Part shown: positions 28,950 through 37,328 of the stretch, piece by piece
Numbering within the stretch: the stretch's first letter is position 1
Layout: every line of letters begins with the position of its first letter
Virus record (IMG/VR): IMGVR_UViG_3300029578_000027
Source: a virus
Strand: one strand, 5' to 3'
DNA: 38,806 nucleotides
The notes under the pieces: generated by a model
Databases searched by the model: none
Seen by the model: only the letters and a program-made list of their open reading frames with translations
Told to the model about the DNA's origin: nothing
Position numbers and translations under genes: made by a program

Positions 28950-29316
28950 GCGGCGTCACCTCCCGCAGCGTAAAGCCTACATTGTGCCACAGCCCTACAC
29001 CATTCCGAGAAAAAGCGTAGGTTGGCTGTGTCATGGATTCCACTAAAAACGTGCCGGTGGACATAGTGTCGGAATCGTCCGGCAGATACACCACCGGGAA
29101 CGCCTTACCGGAGCGCAGCACCGCCGCCAGCTGCCGCCAGAGGGCGTTGCCCATGTAATCGTAACTCCATGTGATCATCTGCACATGGCCCCGGACCTCC
29201 TGTACCGTCCGGCCGGAGATCATCTGCACGTTAACAGACAATTCTCCGGGATAGCATTGATACTTGTCCCTGCTGGTTTCCGGCAGATAAATGCCGTTGA
29301 TAATCAACTGTGTCAT
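28942..29316 (-). CDS. Small tail component (distal-tail-protein position)
   Basis: 124 aa, overlapping the tape-measure stop and the tail-tip start. The function is assigned by position only. Confidence 0.5.
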   Translation of the reverse strand: MTQLIINGIYLPETSRDKYQCYPGELSVNVQMISGRTVQEVRGHVQMITWSYDYMGNALWRQLAAVLRSGKAFPVVYLPDDSDTMSTGTFLVESMTQPTYAFSRNGVGLWHNVGFTLREVTPHD

Positions 29317-31136
29317 GCCGTTGCCACCTCCGGGTTGCTTCTGGCCGCGTCCCGCAGATCAGGCAGAAGCCAGCTGGCGATCTGCTGGCCGTTTTGCAGG
29401 ATGAGGTTGATCGTATAGCTGCCGCCGGGGCTTCCGGCGCTCTGTGCCGCAAGTCCGTTCACCAGACCGGCAGCGGCATTATAGACGGTATCCACCGTCG
29501 GCGTGGGGATGGCGTCCTGGATCCCGGCGGTGACGCTCTGCATCTGCTTTTCAAAGCCCTGCCCCAGACCCAGCGCCATATTCTGGCCGATTCCGGCAAA
29601 CACCCGGGAGGGCGAGTGGATCCCCAGCACGCCTTTGACGCCGTCCACGAGGCCGCCGACAAAGCCGGAGACCTTTTCTCCGATCCAGCTGGCCATAGCC
29701 TTGATGCCTTCCCACAGCCCCCGGACGATGTCCTTGCCGACCTCGATGATGTCCGGAAGGGAATCCAAAAAGGTACTGATGATGGTATCTACCAGCGCCA
29801 GCGTACCCCGGAGCAGTTCCGGCAGATTTTGCGCCAGCCCCTTTACCAGAGATACGATCAACTGAATGCCCAGCTTCAGCACCTCCGGCAGCTTTTCCGT
29901 AGCATAGGCCACAAACCTTGTGATCATGTCCGGCCCCTGTTCCCTTACGGTTTCTGCAATGTTCTTCACCACGGACTCAATGACCGGCAGCACGTTTTTC
30001 GCCACATTTCCGGCGCTCTGGATCAGTTCCTCGGTCAGAGCGCCGATATCGGCGTTCTGATCGCCCAGACCCGTGACAAAATTCTGATATGCCGCCTTCA
30101 TGGAGTTGATAGAGCCCTCCACGGTGGTGGATGCCTCCAGTGCCGTAGTACCGGTGATCCCCATTTCCGTCTGGACCGTGTGGATGGCGTCCACAATATC
30201 CGCGTAGCTCTCAATGCTGTAATTGGTGTAGTTGCCCTGAGCGGCATTCAAGGCGTTGGCATCGTCGATCAGCCGCTGCATTTCCTCCTTCGTGCCGCCA
30301 TATCCCAGTTTCAGGTTGTCCAGCATGGTATAGTTTTGCTTGGCGAAGCCCTGATAGGCGTTCTGGATAGACTGCATGTCCGTGCCCATCTTGTTGGCGT
30401 TGTCCGACATATCCGTGAGCGCCAGATCCGCCTTTTTAGCCGCGGCTTCCGTGTCATTGCCCATGGACTGGAGCAGGGACGCGGAGAAGCTGGTCACCGT
30501 TTCCATATAGGCGTTGGCGGAAAGGCCCGCCGTTTTGTAGGCGTTCTCCGCGTTTTTGATCACCGTGTCGGCAGAGCTGCCAAACAGTGTTTCCACGCCG
30601 CCCACCAGCTGCTCATACTCACCGTAGCCCTCAATAGCGCCGCTGATGAGAGACTTGATCCCGCTGGCTACTGCCTTGATGCCGGACACGATAGCGCTGC
30701 CCAGCAGATTTGCTTTCAGCACATCGCCAAAAACGCTGGTTTTCTGTCCAGCGCCGTCCATGGCGTCGCCTACGCCTTCCACGCCGGTCTCCAGCTCGTT
30801 GAGCTGCTTTTTCGTGCGGTTTACATCGGTGGTGGCGTTGTTCAGCGCCTGCTGCCACCGCTGTACCTCACTGCTGTTTTCAGAGTAGTTGGCCTTGGCG
30901 TAGTCCAGTGCCTTCTGCACCTCGCCCAGGCGCTGCTGCTGGACTTCCAACTGCCGGTTCAGCACGTCGGACTGCGCCGCCAGCTTTTTCTGGCTGTCGT
31001 TGTCAACGTCAAAAGCGGAGGTCACCGCCTTCATCTCCGTACCAAGAGTTTTAAGCTGCTGTCCCATGGTTCGGAGGGATTCTCTAAATTCCTTTTCGCC
31101 GTCAATGCCGATTTTCGGGCCAATATCGACCGCCAT
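29313..31136 (-). CDS. Tape measure protein
   Basis: 607 aa, helical and Ala/Gly/Gln-rich. Follows the frameshifted chaperone pair. Confidence 0.85.
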   Translation of the reverse strand: MAVDIGPKIGIDGEKEFRESLRTMGQQLKTLGTEMKAVTSAFDVDNDSQKKLAAQSDVLNRQLEVQQQRLGEVQKALDYAKANYSENSSEVQRWQQALNNATTDVNRTKKQLNELETGVEGVGDAMDGAGQKTSVFGDVLKANLLGSAIVSGIKAVASGIKSLISGAIEGYGEYEQLVGGVETLFGSSADTVIKNAENAYKTAGLSANAYMETVTSFSASLLQSMGNDTEAAAKKADLALTDMSDNANKMGTDMQSIQNAYQGFAKQNYTMLDNLKLGYGGTKEEMQRLIDDANALNAAQGNYTNYSIESYADIVDAIHTVQTEMGITGTTALEASTTVEGSINSMKAAYQNFVTGLGDQNADIGALTEELIQSAGNVAKNVLPVIESVVKNIAETVREQGPDMITRFVAYATEKLPEVLKLGIQLIVSLVKGLAQNLPELLRGTLALVDTIISTFLDSLPDIIEVGKDIVRGLWEGIKAMASWIGEKVSGFVGGLVDGVKGVLGIHSPSRVFAGIGQNMALGLGQGFEKQMQSVTAGIQDAIPTPTVDTVYNAAAGLVNGLAAQSAGSPGGSYTINLILQNGQQIASWLLPDLRDAARSNPEVATA

Positions 31137-31140
31137 CGTC

Positions 31141-31691
31141 TCACCTCACATTTGGGATAATTTCGTCATCTGTCAAAGCGTGCTTGGGGGCAAAACCCTC
31201 CCGCTTGATCTGCTCAATGGCGATATAGTCCAGCAGCTCTCCAAACGGCACATCCAGCGCCTCGGTGTAGGTCAGGCCGACAGCCATTCCATACCACAAA
31301 AACCACTCCGGCGCTAAGGGGCCGCCGGAGTGGTTTCCGCGTTTTTTCCGGGGTCCGCCTCCACGTGAGTCTCTCTGCCGGAGACTACAGCCTCCGTGAT
31401 TTTTGTACGGAGCTGGCCAAAATCGTTCAGATCCATCACGTCCAGCAGTTCATCCGCTGTTAACGGAGGCGCGGTTTCCAGTCCGTTTATTTTGGCATAC
31501 CGGGCGCCGCCGTCCATCATGGTCGCCAGCAGCCACACCGCCTCATCCAGTGCCTTGAGCGGGTCACCGGCTGAGAGTGCCGTATCAATGTGCTCCACGC
31601 CGCCGTAGCGTTCCGTCACTGCCCGGACCACCCGTGCGGAAAAGCACAGCAGGTGCGCCTTTCCGCCGATTTCAATACTGGCCGTTCTCAT
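31141..31691 (-). CDS. Tail assembly chaperone, -1 frameshift fusion product (gpGT-like, about 183 aa)
   Basis: Slippery A_AAA_AAC is in the correct phase at 31341-31347. The -1 frame stays open for 67 codons (GKKRGNHSGGPLAPEWFLWYGMAVGLTYTEALDVPFGELLDYIAIEQIKREGFAPKHALTDDEIIPNVR) to the TGA at 31141-31143, just before the tape-measure start. Confidence 0.7.
31301..31347 (-). promoter_or_regulatory. Programmed -1 frameshift signal: slippery heptamer plus 13-bp hairpin
   Basis: AAAAAAC (31341-31347), a 5-nt spacer, then a perfect stem AACCACTCCGGCG / CGCCGGAGTGGTT (31323-31335 with 31301-31313). The zero-frame stop lies in the loop. Confidence 0.7.
31314..31691 (-). CDS. Tail assembly chaperone (gpG-like, zero-frame product)
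   Basis: 125 aa, between the major tail and tape measure genes. Confidence 0.75.
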   Translation of the reverse strand: MRTASIEIGGKAHLLCFSARVVRAVTERYGGVEHIDTALSAGDPLKALDEAVWLLATMMDGGARYAKINGLETAPPLTADELLDVMDLNDFGQLRTKITEAVVSGRETHVEADPGKNAETTPAAP

Positions 31692-32290
31692 GCTGCCACC
31701 GTGATCGAGAGGCGATTCTTGATATACGCCTCAGCCTGAGCCTCTGTGGTGAAGGTCGCTTCGCGCTTCCACATGTGAGTGGGGGAATCATCCCGCATGA
31801 TGGTGCCGGTCAGCTCCGGGGTCTGCCACTCGATAGACTCGCCCTGCGTGGTGGCCGCGTCTTCCGGCACGGAAAACATGACCTTTGGCAGCACCACGCC
31901 CCGCCACTTATACGCGCCGTTGACCTTCTTCTTGATGATGAACCCAACGCCCAGATAGGGGGTCACCTGCGTATCATCGTAAACCAGCTCCTTTACGGAG
32001 GTATCCGTCACGCCATCGATCCCGGTGATCGCCTGCTCCGTCAGGCCCAGAATGGCCTTGCTGACCTCCTGACTCAGATCGGTAGTAGACAGGGTCAGGG
32101 TGCCGTTGGCAAAGCGACGATCTGTTTCCGCCAGTCCGTTGTCGCCATAGAGGTTGTTGTCCTCCGTAGTCTCAATGGAGATATTGGCCTCTGTGGCCTT
32201 GCCCATTACCGCACCGTCAGAATAGCTCACCACGCCGCCGGCTTCGGCATAGATGGCGTAATACGGCTTGCTCAAACCAATGGTTGCCAT
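31688..32290 (-). CDS. Major tail protein
   Basis: ATG 32290 is preceded by AAAGGAG. Encodes MATIGLSKPYYAIYAE... in the style of phi13/TP901-type major tail proteins. The tracked ORF's GTG extension to 32323 covers the palindrome. Confidence 0.8.
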   Translation of the reverse strand: MATIGLSKPYYAIYAEAGGVVSYSDGAVMGKATEANISIETTEDNNLYGDNGLAETDRRFANGTLTLSTTDLSQEVSKAILGLTEQAITGIDGVTDTSVKELVYDDTQVTPYLGVGFIIKKKVNGAYKWRGVVLPKVMFSVPEDAATTQGESIEWQTPELTGTIMRDDSPTHMWKREATFTTEAQAEAYIKNRLSITVAA

Positions 32291-32308
32291 GTGCGCTCCT
32301 TTCTCGCG

Positions 32309-32321
32309 GTCCGATTCGGAC
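32309..32321. repeat. Dispersed palindrome copy 7, GTCCGATTCGGAC
   Basis: Perfect 13-mer in the 37-bp gap between the gp10-like gene and the major tail gene. Confidence 0.95.
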
Positions 32322-32327
32322 ACGCGC

Positions 32328-32816
32328 TCACTTCATAATTTTGTTGATCTCGCTCTCCGCCCGCTTCTGCATAGCGGTAAGCGCCTGCTTTTTCACCCGG
32401 CTCACAGCCTTGCCTACAAAACGGTTTTTGCTCATCCAACTGGTACCGCTTTCAATGGCCCGGGCAACCATTTGATTCGGTTGCCCCTGGGGCCAGCGCT
32501 TGGAGCGGATGTTGTTATACCCGTCAAAACCGATTTTGACGTTATACATTCCGTCATTGTCCTTCTGCATGGATGTGATACCGAGGGTCCCCAGCAGCGC
32601 AGCCTTTTGCGTTTTCTTGGGTCCGCGGACTGGATTCTCCTGCGTGCCCCAGCCCTCGTCTGTGGGAACAGTCTGCAATTCTGCCCGGATGGCATCAGCC
32701 ACAACCTTTGCTCCGTCATGGATGGCAGGGCCGCAGACTTTTTCCACAGCCTCTTTTTCCAGCCGGGTAAGCTTCAGCATATATTCCTCGCCGCTTTTAA
32801 ACGTAATGGTTGCCAT
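32328..32816 (-). CDS. HK97 gp10-family tail-completion protein
   Basis: MATITFKSGEEYMLKLTRLEKEA...MVARAIESGTSWMSKNRF fits the gp10 family. ATG 32816 overlaps the upstream stop. Confidence 0.7.
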   Translation of the reverse strand: MATITFKSGEEYMLKLTRLEKEAVEKVCGPAIHDGAKVVADAIRAELQTVPTDEGWGTQENPVRGPKKTQKAALLGTLGITSMQKDNDGMYNVKIGFDGYNNIRSKRWPQGQPNQMVARAIESGTSWMSKNRFVGKAVSRVKKQALTAMQKRAESEINKIMK

Positions 32817-33133
32817 CAGGACACCTCCCACACCCACTCATAGTGGGTAAAGCCGGTGTCCGCCTCGTACTGGACGGAGTTCAGCGTCCAGGAAATGCCA
32901 TGGACGCTGAAGCTCTCGCCCAGCTGCTCCACCCAAGGGTCAAACTCGGATTTGGTAAACAGATCCGTGGTGCCGGTGACGGCGGTCTCCCCGTGGCCGT
33001 TGTCTCCGGGAAGATCATGGCTGCCGTCCTCCTGCCACACAAAATAGCGGTCGGATTTGAGTCGGGCGGCGTGGCTCACCGCGTCCGTCACCGCCCGGTG
33101 GGCGGCGATCACTCGCTCATACCAGGTGGTCAT
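32816..33133 (-). CDS. Head-tail joining protein (105 aa, position-based call)
   Basis: Clean ORF between the head-closure gene and the gp10-like gene. Confidence 0.5.
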   Translation of the reverse strand: MTTWYERVIAAHRAVTDAVSHAARLKSDRYFVWQEDGSHDLPGDNGHGETAVTGTTDLFTKSEFDPWVEQLGESFSVHGISWTLNSVQYEADTGFTHYEWVWEVS

Positions 33134-33515
33134 GGGGCACCTCGTATTTCTGCTCGATCCGCAGCAGCGTCAGATCCATGCTTTCCGGGAAAACGTCGGT
33201 TGTTGTCTGGATCAGATCGATGCGGTACTGCTTGCCGTCCTCCGTTACAGCCACATCCTGACTGCTTACGCCTGGGACCCGTGGAACCCGCAGCACCCGC
33301 TCGATCTGAGCCTGATTCTGTTTTCCCTCGTAATACCGCTGGATGCCAAGACGCCGCTCCTCGTACCGCAAAGCGGCCTTGAATGTCAAACCCTCCACAG
33401 GCTTGTAGCCCGGCGCCGCCGTATCTGCAACGGCATAGACCTTGACCAGTCCGTCGGAATAGGTTTGAGTGACCTCGCTGTCACGGCGAGGGCGATACGG
33501 CGCTTTCCATGGCAT
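33117..33515 (-). CDS. Head closure protein (SPP1 gp16-like)
   Basis: VKVYAV...FKAALRYEERRLGIQRYYEGKQNQAQIERVLRVPR...YRIDLIQ is the pattern of the head-tail joining family. Confidence 0.7.
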   Translation of the reverse strand: MPWKAPYRPRRDSEVTQTYSDGLVKVYAVADTAAPGYKPVEGLTFKAALRYEERRLGIQRYYEGKQNQAQIERVLRVPRVPGVSSQDVAVTEDGKQYRIDLIQTTTDVFPESMDLTLLRIEQKYEVPHDHLV

Positions 33516-33807
33516 ACGCGTTCACCCGCCTTTCGCTCTGCATACTCAAAATGAGAGATTGATAGTTGTTTTCAAATACGTCCAAAGCGCTGTCTCTGGC
33601 GTAGCGGACGTATTCCATCAGCAGCGTCCGGGCGTCGCCGTCCGCTGTATAGTCCTGCGGGCTTCCGGCCTTCTTGTCCAGGTACCCCATCCCGGAGGCG
33701 ATGAGCCCGGATACCTTGGTATCCGTGGCCTCATCGCTCCAGGTGATGTTCAGGTAGTTTTCCACATCGGACAGCAGGCCGGGCGGCAGGCTGTTCCGAT
33801 CCGCCAT
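33481..33807 (-). CDS. Head-tail connector (gp6-like)
   Basis: VENYLNITWSDEATDTKVSGLIASGMGYLDKKAG...LLMEYVRYARD. Positioned right after the capsid gene. Confidence 0.7.
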   Translation of the reverse strand: MADRNSLPPGLLSDVENYLNITWSDEATDTKVSGLIASGMGYLDKKAGSPQDYTADGDARTLLMEYVRYARDSALDVFENNYQSLILSMQSERRVNAYAMESAVSPSP

Positions 33808-35282
33808 CAGCTCTTAGTAACGGTGACCGTGTAGGTCTTCTTGGCGGTGCCGTCAGCGGCGGTGACGTTGACCTTCACCGTGTTGCTGCCGGTCTGCCAG
33901 GTGGCGGCGCTGCCGTTGTCGATCTTGCGGTTGTTCACTAGCACCTCGATCTCCGCGCCTGCGTCAGAGGGGACAGCGGTCACGGTGTTGGTGGCGTTGG
34001 TGGTCTCCGCCGTGTAGGTCACGGTGCTGGCGGCAAAAGCGGGGGACAGGGCCTGAGAGCCAATAGACAGGGCGCTCAGAGTGGCGTCGTCAGAGGGTGC
34101 GGTCTCCGTTACCTGCGTCACCTTCCAGGTGGCGGGCTTCAAGCCGGAAATATCCAGCAGCAGGAAGGCGTTGTTGTCCAGAGGCATACCGTTGGCGTAG
34201 CCCTTAATGAGATACACCCGCTCGTCCTCCAGGAAATGGTAGTGGTCGCTGTACTCAATGCGGCCATTGGGCGCGGTGCCCGCCATAGCCAGATACCGGT
34301 TGGAGAGGCCCATCACTGCCTTGCCCCGGCTCAGCGCGGGGGTCTGAATAATGGTCATGGGATACGGCATCACGTCGTTGCGATAGGTGCCGTCGGGGGC
34401 CATCAGCGTAGTGGCGGGCATGACCTTCTGGTAATAGTCCTGCGGGTTGACCAGCATGATCACATCGCGCACACGGCGCGCCTTGCCGTTGGGGTCGGCC
34501 GCCATGATGGAGATGAGGTTACCCACGGTGGAGGGGTTCAGGTCGGTGACCTTGACCGCCGCCTTCTCGGGATACGCGCCGCCGGTCACGACCACGTTGT
34601 CGCCCACCTGGCGGGTCATGCCGATGGGCTTCTTGTCGCCGTCGCCGGTTACGATGCCCGCCTCCATGCCGTTGGCGAATGCCTCGTACATCACTTCGCG
34701 CACATAGCGGTCCAGCCACTCGGGGCCAAGATCCAGCATGGCCTTGCACACCGGCAAGAAAGCGGAGAGCTTCAGCAGCTGGGCGGGGATCTTCTTAAAG
34801 CCGGAGGTCAGCTCCTTGACGATGTCGTCGCAGAGATCGCCCCACGCCGCCTCCTCGTAGCCGTTGGTGTTCACCATGATCTCCACGGCGCCGCCGGTGG
34901 CCCGGAAGTTGATGCGGCTCAGCAGGGGGTGATTGGTCTGGAGATCCTCAAAAACGGAGTCGATCACCGTCTTGGGCAGCACAGCGTCCATGCCGGTCAC
35001 GGCCTGCCGGGGATCAATGGCCTTCATGGCCTCGCCCAGCTTCTGGTAGTAAGCGTGCTCCTCGCCGGTGAGCTGGTGGACGCCCCGGGCCGTCAGGATA
35101 CGGCTGTCCATTTCCTGGCGAAGGTCGGCAAGCTGCTGCTCATACTCCTGCTTTACGTCCAGGCCCACACGCTGGAGCATTTCGTCAAAAGCTGCCTGGA
35201 AGCTGGCAGGGTCATTGTCGGCAACTGCCTTCTGGATGAGTGTGCGGAGCTCCTCGCGGCTCCGGATGTCATTGTTCTGCAT
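33807..35282 (-). CDS. Major capsid protein (HK97 fold) with a C-terminal cadherin-like beta-sandwich domain
   Basis: 491 aa, following the ClpP-like protease. The last 90 or so aa (LSALSIGSQALSPAFAASTVTYTAETTNATNTVTAVP...GSNTVKVNVTAADGTAKKTYTVTVTKS) match the cadherin-like beta-sandwich pattern. Confidence 0.85.
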   Translation of the reverse strand: MQNNDIRSREELRTLIQKAVADNDPASFQAAFDEMLQRVGLDVKQEYEQQLADLRQEMDSRILTARGVHQLTGEEHAYYQKLGEAMKAIDPRQAVTGMDAVLPKTVIDSVFEDLQTNHPLLSRINFRATGGAVEIMVNTNGYEEAAWGDLCDDIVKELTSGFKKIPAQLLKLSAFLPVCKAMLDLGPEWLDRYVREVMYEAFANGMEAGIVTGDGDKKPIGMTRQVGDNVVVTGGAYPEKAAVKVTDLNPSTVGNLISIMAADPNGKARRVRDVIMLVNPQDYYQKVMPATTLMAPDGTYRNDVMPYPMTIIQTPALSRGKAVMGLSNRYLAMAGTAPNGRIEYSDHYHFLEDERVYLIKGYANGMPLDNNAFLLLDISGLKPATWKVTQVTETAPSDDATLSALSIGSQALSPAFAASTVTYTAETTNATNTVTAVPSDAGAEIEVLVNNRKIDNGSAATWQTGSNTVKVNVTAADGTAKKTYTVTVTKS

Positions 35283-35300
35283 AATGTTCTCCTTTCATTT

Positions 35301-36107
35301 TTAGCCAAACAGGCTCATAATACGGTTTTTCTGCTGGGGTTCGGGCTGAGGCTCCGGGTCTTTCGGATCAGGAGGGCAAGGCGGTTTATGACCAGTGTCC
35401 GCCGTCAACTGCCGGAGCTGGGCGGCAAGACTTTTCTGCACGGTGATCCGCTGCTCCAAAGTCAGGTTGGCCTTTTGCAGCAGAGCCGCAGCCTGGGTCA
35501 TGTCCGCGTCCTTTTCCGCGTAGCGGTCGGCCAATCCCAGCTCCATGCACTGTTCAGCCGTCAGCCAGGTCTCCGCGTCATACATTTCCTTCAGGGTATC
35601 CGGGTCCAGCTTGTCACCGGCTTTTTGGAGATAGGCTTCCATCCCCGCCTGATTGATGGTGTCCAGATTGTCTGCGGCCTTTCGCAGCTCAGCTGCGTTT
35701 CCGTAAATGCCCATGCTCATGTTGTGGATCATCATGAGGGCGTTGCGCGGCATCACCACCGTGTCGCCGGCCATTGCGATGACCGAGGCGATGGAACAGG
35801 CAAAGCCGTCCACATACACCGTCTTGTGGGCGCTGTGCCGCTTGAGCTGGTTGTAGATGGCCGTGCCCTCAAATACACTGCCGCCGTAGCTGTTGATGTA
35901 CACGGCGATCTCCGTCGCCTCCGGATGCTCCGCCAGCGCGTCCCGGAAGGCGTTGGCGCTGGTCTCGCTCTGGATCGTCTCGTCGGTCCACCAGTCATAG
36001 CTGTCGCCCTCCACGTCTCCGTAGATGTAAAGCTCCAGTGTCTTGGCGTCCTCCGCCCGCTGCTTAAGCGCCCACATCCTCCGTTCCTTCTGCTTGGGAT
36101 TACTCAT
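35301..36107 (-). CDS. Prohead protease (ClpP/S14-like)
   Basis: YINSYGGSVFEGTAIYNQL...GFACSIASVIAMAGD...MMIHN. Overlaps the portal stop. Confidence 0.85.
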   Translation of the reverse strand: MSNPKQKERRMWALKQRAEDAKTLELYIYGDVEGDSYDWWTDETIQSETSANAFRDALAEHPEATEIAVYINSYGGSVFEGTAIYNQLKRHSAHKTVYVDGFACSIASVIAMAGDTVVMPRNALMMIHNMSMGIYGNAAELRKAADNLDTINQAGMEAYLQKAGDKLDPDTLKEMYDAETWLTAEQCMELGLADRYAEKDADMTQAAALLQKANLTLEQRITVQKSLAAQLRQLTADTGHKPPCPPDPKDPEPQPEPQQKNRIMSLFG

Positions 36108-37296
36108 TCCCGCTGTCTCCTTTCTGTGCGTTCATCTGCTGCGCGGCTTCTAGGATCCGCGCGATGTTCAAAGTCAAAAAGTGCTCGTCGGCCCACGGTT
36201 CGTTGATGGTGGCCTGATTGGCCGCCCGCAGCACATCGTTGACCGAGAAGGCGCCACTGCCCACCAGCTTTTCCACGTTGGCAGCGTTGGCAAACATGTC
36301 AAAGTGGAGGATGGCGGAGGAATCAACCCGGACAAAATTGCCCTGTTTCCAACCGTCAAAGCCGTACCGCTTTCGGGTGATCTCCTCCTGGAGCTGATCG
36401 CAGATGGGGTCAATACACTGGGTCAAAAAGCGGCTGTTGGCGTCCGCTGTGCCCTGAACGGTGCCGTTCACCAGCACAGCGGGGATCAGAAAGCCCCGGG
36501 CGGTAAAATCAAAAATGTCCTCGATCAGGTTCCGCACGTCCCGGCTGTCGCTTTGCTTTCCCTCGCCAGTTTTATTGACCTGCTGGTAGTCATAGCCGTC
36601 AAACTCCGGGAGCACCGCCGCGCCGCTGCCAAAAAACGGTTTGATCTGCTGCTCGATGATTTTGGCAAAATTTTGCTCAAAATCCTGCGTGCCGGATGCG
36701 ATCTGATTGACGTGGACCTTCCAGTGCTGCCCACGCTCCCACTGATAGCGGCTCATAGCCGCTGCCACCAGCCGCATGTAGGACTGGCACAGACCGTCCA
36801 CCACCGGGCGCATGGCGTTGTGGTGGAGTTTTAAATGCAGCACCTCGTTTTCCCGGAAGGTTTTTTCATAGGCGGTGTCGCCCACCGTCACGTTGATGTA
36901 CTCATTCATCCGCATCGGCCAGAAGGTGTTCTGCTGCCAGCTGTCCGCCACCATCACCGCGTCCATGCCGTCCCGCCGCTTACTGGAGATCACCAGCGCT
37001 TCATTGTCCAAAAACAGCTTGGCGATCAGTTTGTGCCAGAATGCGGAGCTGTTCTGGTTCACGTTGGGCTCCACATTCCACAGGTAATACTCCTGCTCCT
37101 GGATCTCCTCCCGCCCCCGGAAGGTCTTTACCTCGCAGCGGCCCACGGCGTTGGCCACCATGTTCACGCAGGTCCAGAAGGAAAGCTGCCGCGCCTGAAA
37201 GTCTTCGGCCGCCGCCAATAGCTCCTGACAGGAGACCTCCGCCGTGGCGGTTCGTCCACCCTTTCCCGCCAGCCATTCAAAAAATCTCAATCCCAT
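36100..37296 (-). CDS. Portal protein (HK97 family)
   Basis: 398 aa between terL and the protease. GGAGAAAGG RBS. Confidence 0.85.
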   Translation of the reverse strand: MGLRFFEWLAGKGGRTATAEVSCQELLAAAEDFQARQLSFWTCVNMVANAVGRCEVKTFRGREEIQEQEYYLWNVEPNVNQNSSAFWHKLIAKLFLDNEALVISSKRRDGMDAVMVADSWQQNTFWPMRMNEYINVTVGDTAYEKTFRENEVLHLKLHHNAMRPVVDGLCQSYMRLVAAAMSRYQWERGQHWKVHVNQIASGTQDFEQNFAKIIEQQIKPFFGSGAAVLPEFDGYDYQQVNKTGEGKQSDSRDVRNLIEDIFDFTARGFLIPAVLVNGTVQGTADANSRFLTQCIDPICDQLQEEITRKRYGFDGWKQGNFVRVDSSAILHFDMFANAANVEKLVGSGAFSVNDVLRAANQATINEPWADEHFLTLNIARILEAAQQMNAQKGDSGNE

Positions 37297-37311
37297 AGTT
37301 CAGCCTTTCTC

Positions 37312-37328
37312 CGGTCCGATTCGGACCG
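37312..37328. repeat. Dispersed palindrome copy 8 (17-nt form CGGTCCGATTCGGACCG)
   Basis: Core at 37314-37326, filling the gap between the terL stop (37329) and the portal RBS. Confidence 0.95.

Noticed and set aside
29310-31160. 616-aa plus-strand ORF antisense to the tape measure gene
   Set aside because: Same reasoning: a shadow ORF opposite a long GC-rich gene. The minus-strand product has the expected tape-measure character and operon context.
34236-36206. 656-aa plus-strand ORF antisense to the capsid and protease genes
   Set aside because: It spans two real minus-strand genes and their junction. It has low-complexity His/Arg/Gly/Leu content and no start context.
740-37326. Interpreting the 13-bp palindrome as a restriction-site relic or simple transcription terminators
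   Set aside because: Phages usually deplete restriction palindromes, not accumulate them. Only one copy (21025-21055) has the extended stem and U-run of a terminator, and three copies lie inside essential genes. A protein-binding array is the more economical reading, although it is unproven.
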